A stretch of 62,432 bases of DNA, the filler included, from an uncultured bacterium (lineage in GTDB: Bacteria; Latescibacterota; UBA2968): assembly GCA_964471275.1 (NCBI GenBank). It is 14 parts of 14 records of this genome, joined end to end, with 100 filler letters (N's around TTAATTAATTAA, not from the genome) between each part and the next. Parts side by side here need not be neighbours in the genome. Positions count along the whole stretch, not along the records: positions 58,313 to 62,432 come from CAYYGZ010000317.1; 13 more parts are not named here. One strand, 5' to 3'. A program made the translations under genes and the position numbers. The notes beneath the pieces were generated by a model. The model had not been told where the DNA came from, searched no databases, and saw only the letters and a program-made list of their open reading frames with translations. Numbering within the stretch: the stretch's first letter is position 1; each line of letters begins with the position of its first letter. Positions 59,669 to 62,432 of this stretch are shown here, in pieces.

Positions 59669-60931
59669 ATGGACAAGATTCGTCTAGCCATCGTCGGATG
59701 CGGCGGTATGGGACATCGACACCTCTACGGATTGGGGGAGCTCCATCGACAAGGGCTGTCGAAATTCGATCTAACTGCAGCCTGTGATCCGAATCGCAGC
59801 AACGCTGAATCACTGGCGGACGAAGCGGAGTCTCTGTTCGAGACCCGTCCCGAGGTCGTAACCGATCTCGATCAGCTCGAACAGATCGGTGTCGATGCAG
59901 TGGACGTACCCACGACACCCCGATTCCATCACACCATCGCGATCGATGCTCTCGAGCGAGGGTGGCATTGCATGGTCGAGAAGCCAGTTGGCCTGACCGT
60001 GCGTGCCTGCAACCTGATGGCTGACGCCGCGGAAGGTAAGCCGCAGATCCTCAGCGTGGCGGAGAACTATCGTCGGGACCCCATGAATCGTCTCGCAAAG
60101 GCTCTGCTTGATGCGGGCGTGATCGGTGATACTCGCCTGCTGATCCACCACTCGCTCGGGGGCAGCGGCAACAACATGATTATATCTGTGTGGCGGCATC
60201 AGAAGAACCAGAGTGGTCTGCTCCTCGATGTAGGTGTCCATTTTACGGATATGATGGAGTATCTGATGGGGGAGATTACGACGGTATACGCGCAAACCCG
60301 GCTTCACGAGAAGGTTCGTTACAACCCGGCTGCACGTGGTGAGGAATCACGATCGAATCCATCGGGCGTCTACGGGAAGTGGCAGAAGGAGATGCCCGCG
60401 GAGTTCGAGGCAACAGCAGAGGATGCCGCATACGCGACCCTCACATTTGCCAGCGGCGCGGCGGGACAATATGTCGAGGACCACGCCGTCCACGGAGATG
60501 GCAGTTGGTTACGCCAGATCCAGGGCTCCAATGGCTCGATGACGCTTCCACTAGACCGACGCGGCGATCCACTTTCTGTCAACGTGTCGGGCAGTCATGT
60601 TGAGGGTGATGACGTCTTGGATCTGGTTCCGGACTTCGTCCTAGACGAGGCCACGGCGAAATTGTTTGGCGGGGAGCGGCTTGGACGCTACCGACTCGAG
60701 TTCTCCGAGATCGATCGCAAGGTGATCGCGACGGAATACGCAGATTTTGGCGATGCGATCGTGAACGGTCGAGAACCGGAAGTCGACATCGTGCAGGGCA
60801 CACGTTCGGTCGCCGTCTCCTACGCCACGATGGAATCGGGGTTGTCCGGACAGATTGTATCGGTTGATGACGTGATCGCCGAGAAGATCGATGCCTATCA
60901 GGCTGAGATCAACAAGGATCTGTGTATCTGA
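59669..60931 (+). CDS. Gfo/Idh/MocA family oxidoreductase
   Basis: AIVGCGGMG, VEKP, AENYR, DVGVH; AAGGAG RBS before ATG 59669. Confidence 0.9.
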   Translation: MDKIRLAIVGCGGMGHRHLYGLGELHRQGLSKFDLTAACDPNRSNAESLADEAESLFETRPEVVTDLDQLEQIGVDAVDVPTTPRFHHTIAIDALERGWHCMVEKPVGLTVRACNLMADAAEGKPQILSVAENYRRDPMNRLAKALLDAGVIGDTRLLIHHSLGGSGNNMIISVWRHQKNQSGLLLDVGVHFTDMMEYLMGEITTVYAQTRLHEKVRYNPAARGEESRSNPSGVYGKWQKEMPAEFEATAEDAAYATLTFASGAAGQYVEDHAVHGDGSWLRQIQGSNGSMTLPLDRRGDPLSVNVSGSHVEGDDVLDLVPDFVLDEATAKLFGGERLGRYRLEFSEIDRKVIATEYADFGDAIVNGREPEVDIVQGTRSVAVSYATMESGLSGQIVSVDDVIAEKIDAYQAEINKDLCI

Positions 60932-60991
60932 GCGACTCGGTCTTGGGGCTTGCTGTGTTTCTGGCGGACGACCCGGGGCTCCTGTTCGTGG

Positions 60992-61378
60992 CTATGAAAG
61001 GCTTGCCGTTCCACGGCTGTGGAGGTAGCTAGGCAGGTCTTCCATCTGGATGATGGGGCCCTGGCAGACTTCTCCCGCCCGATACAGCACGTTCTGAAAT
61101 TCTATGCCGCTGCCCGCCCATCCCTGACTCTGGGACTCCTTCTCCGGGTCACTTTTTGCGCTGCCACCAGACCCATTCCACGTGTATCGGAGAAAGAGCG
61201 CCAGGACTTCGGGTGAGATCCCGCTGACCTGCCATCCCTCCTCGCCGTTAGCCCGCTCCAGAATCTGGCCAACCAGTGATGGTATCTCCTCGGAGCGTTC
61301 GGCCAGGGACGGTCTCTTGATGATCTGCCTGTCAAGATTATCGAAGTCAGCAGCCCAATGTTGATCGAAATTCGTCAC
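60992..61378 (-). CDS. Isolated C-terminal lid subdomain of a sigma54-activator AAA+ domain (stand-alone protein or remnant)
   Basis: PSLAERSEEIP...ISPEVL..F.RYTW.G...EFQNVLYRA...EDLP; no Walker A, GAFTGA or HTH. Confidence 0.6.
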   Translation of the reverse strand: MTNFDQHWAADFDNLDRQIIKRPSLAERSEEIPSLVGQILERANGEEGWQVSGISPEVLALFLRYTWNGSGGSAKSDPEKESQSQGWAGSGIEFQNVLYRAGEVCQGPIIQMEDLPSYLHSRGTASLS

Positions 61379-61766
61379 CAGCGAGCCGGCTCTTCATAGT
61401 CTGGAGATAGTATTCCTGATCGTCGGGCGATAGACTCTTGATCAGGATCTGCTTCACTTCTCACTCGGCCTTGCTAACCTTCTTCGCAACCCAGGTCGTA
61501 TCGTAAGCTGTTTCTCCGAAATCCAGATACACGTCCTTGCCGCTCTCATGGACCGCATTGTTCACCAGGAAAAACCAGATGAAATCGTGGATTCCGTATC
61601 GCCAAAGGAGCTAGTAGATTTCGGCGGCGGCGGCGGCGGCGAGGTAGACTCGTGCCTCGGTAGGGGTAGCGGAGGAAAGCACGTGCTTGAGTCCACGTTC
61701 CACTTTGTCCTGAGTGAAACCAGTGCACGGTATCGTTTTCGGCCTGGCAAACAGGTCGCAGTGCAT
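61347..61766 (-). pseudogene. Possible decayed gene with two in-frame stops (61611-61613 TAG, 61461-61463 TGA)
   Basis: Protein-like frame ...AEIY*LLWRYGIHDFIWFFLVNNAVHESGKDVYLDFGE...KAE*EVKQ...; family uncertain. Confidence 0.3.
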
Positions 61767-61939
61767 CGGGTAACGCGCAGACAGTCAGAGGACGTGGTGG
61801 ACACAGTATTCCCTACGAGAGGCAGTCACTGGCAAGGGCATGTTTTTGTTCGTCATCTCTCTGATCTGCAGGGCTCCCGGTGAGGGGCAGTTGCTGCTTC
61901 GGATTGGTCTCGGTTGTCACGGATCAGCCTTTCGAATCG

Positions 61940-62432
61940 GCCGACCTTTCGATCAGATGTTGAGCAACATCGACCTGTATCCGACAGTGCTTTCCGCCAC
62001 GGACACAACAGTGCCAGAAGGTGTGATGGGTAGATCATTCTGGCCGTTGCTTGCGGGAGATGAATATGATGGCAATGATTAGATCTTTGCGGAGAAGAGT
62101 ACGGCTTTCGATGACATCAAACGCTGTATTCGCACGGCACGCTACAAGTTCATTCGCAATTTTGATGAGGGACCCCGGCTGAAGCTGCCGACTGATATCG
62201 AGATCAGCCCGACGCGTCGCGACGTGGGAGACGCACATCTTGAGAAACGGGCACCAACAGAACTGTATGATCTGGAAGCTGATCCCTTGGAGGCGCACAA
62301 TTTGTCAGGAGATCTAACCTTCAGTGAGATCGAGTGTGATCTGCGTGGCGATCTGGATCGATTCCTTTGGGAGACGAACGACCCCGTGACAAGTGGAGCG
62401 ATCGAGCGGCCTCCCGAAGAAGTGGATGTTAT
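61940..62432 (+). pseudogene. Sulfatase C-terminal remnant with an in-frame TAG (62080-62082)
   Basis: SNIDLYPT...GRSFWPLL...D*IFAEK...RCIRTARYKFIRN...ELYDLEADPLE.HNL; the N-terminal catalytic CxPxR part is absent. Confidence 0.75.

Overview
This window is not one continuous locus. It is 14 unrelated contigs of about 4.1-4.7 kb, in descending size order, joined by artificial 100-nt linkers (N44-TTAATTAATTAA-N44). Contigs: 1-4662, 4763-9398, 9499-14112, 14213-18699, 18800-23210, 23311-27663, 27764-32103, 32204-36525, 36626-40915, 41016-45292, 45393-49650, 49751-53942, 54043-58212, 58313-62432. Gene neighbourhood is meaningful only inside a contig. The gene content suggests a draft genome or MAG of a GC-rich FCB-group heterotroph, probably Latescibacterota-like (inference). 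Supporting content: a PorV/PorQ protein, T9SS-CTD-like and EF-hand/dockerin-like motifs, several sulfatases, PL8, heparinase II/III and PcRGLX-like lyases, sugar-acid dehydratases and Gfo/Idh/MocA oxidoreductases. Housekeeping genes are glnK-amtB, argR (with tandem ARG boxes), gcvT, yajQ, nuoL/M/N, rlpA, a 1-Cys peroxiredoxin and a TrmH-family methylase. Many IS3-family remnants (some nested), a 131-bp IS407-derived MITE and several pseudogenes indicate ongoing IS-driven decay. Most notable observations: (i) a gene pair encoding a secreted 880-aa CTD-bearing protein and its own PorV paralogue; (ii) a cluster with two small proteins sharing a FliF-C-terminus-like motif plus a degenerate GGDEF protein; (iii) an identical 51-bp sequence on two contigs, probably the end of an unclassified mobile element; (iv) a likely chromosomal dif site; (v) two long perfect palindromes (34-bp and 29-bp arms), one directly in front of a DUF559 nuclease gene. 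No CRISPR array, rRNA or complete tRNA was seen. All family assignments come from motif recognition by eye; no database search was run.
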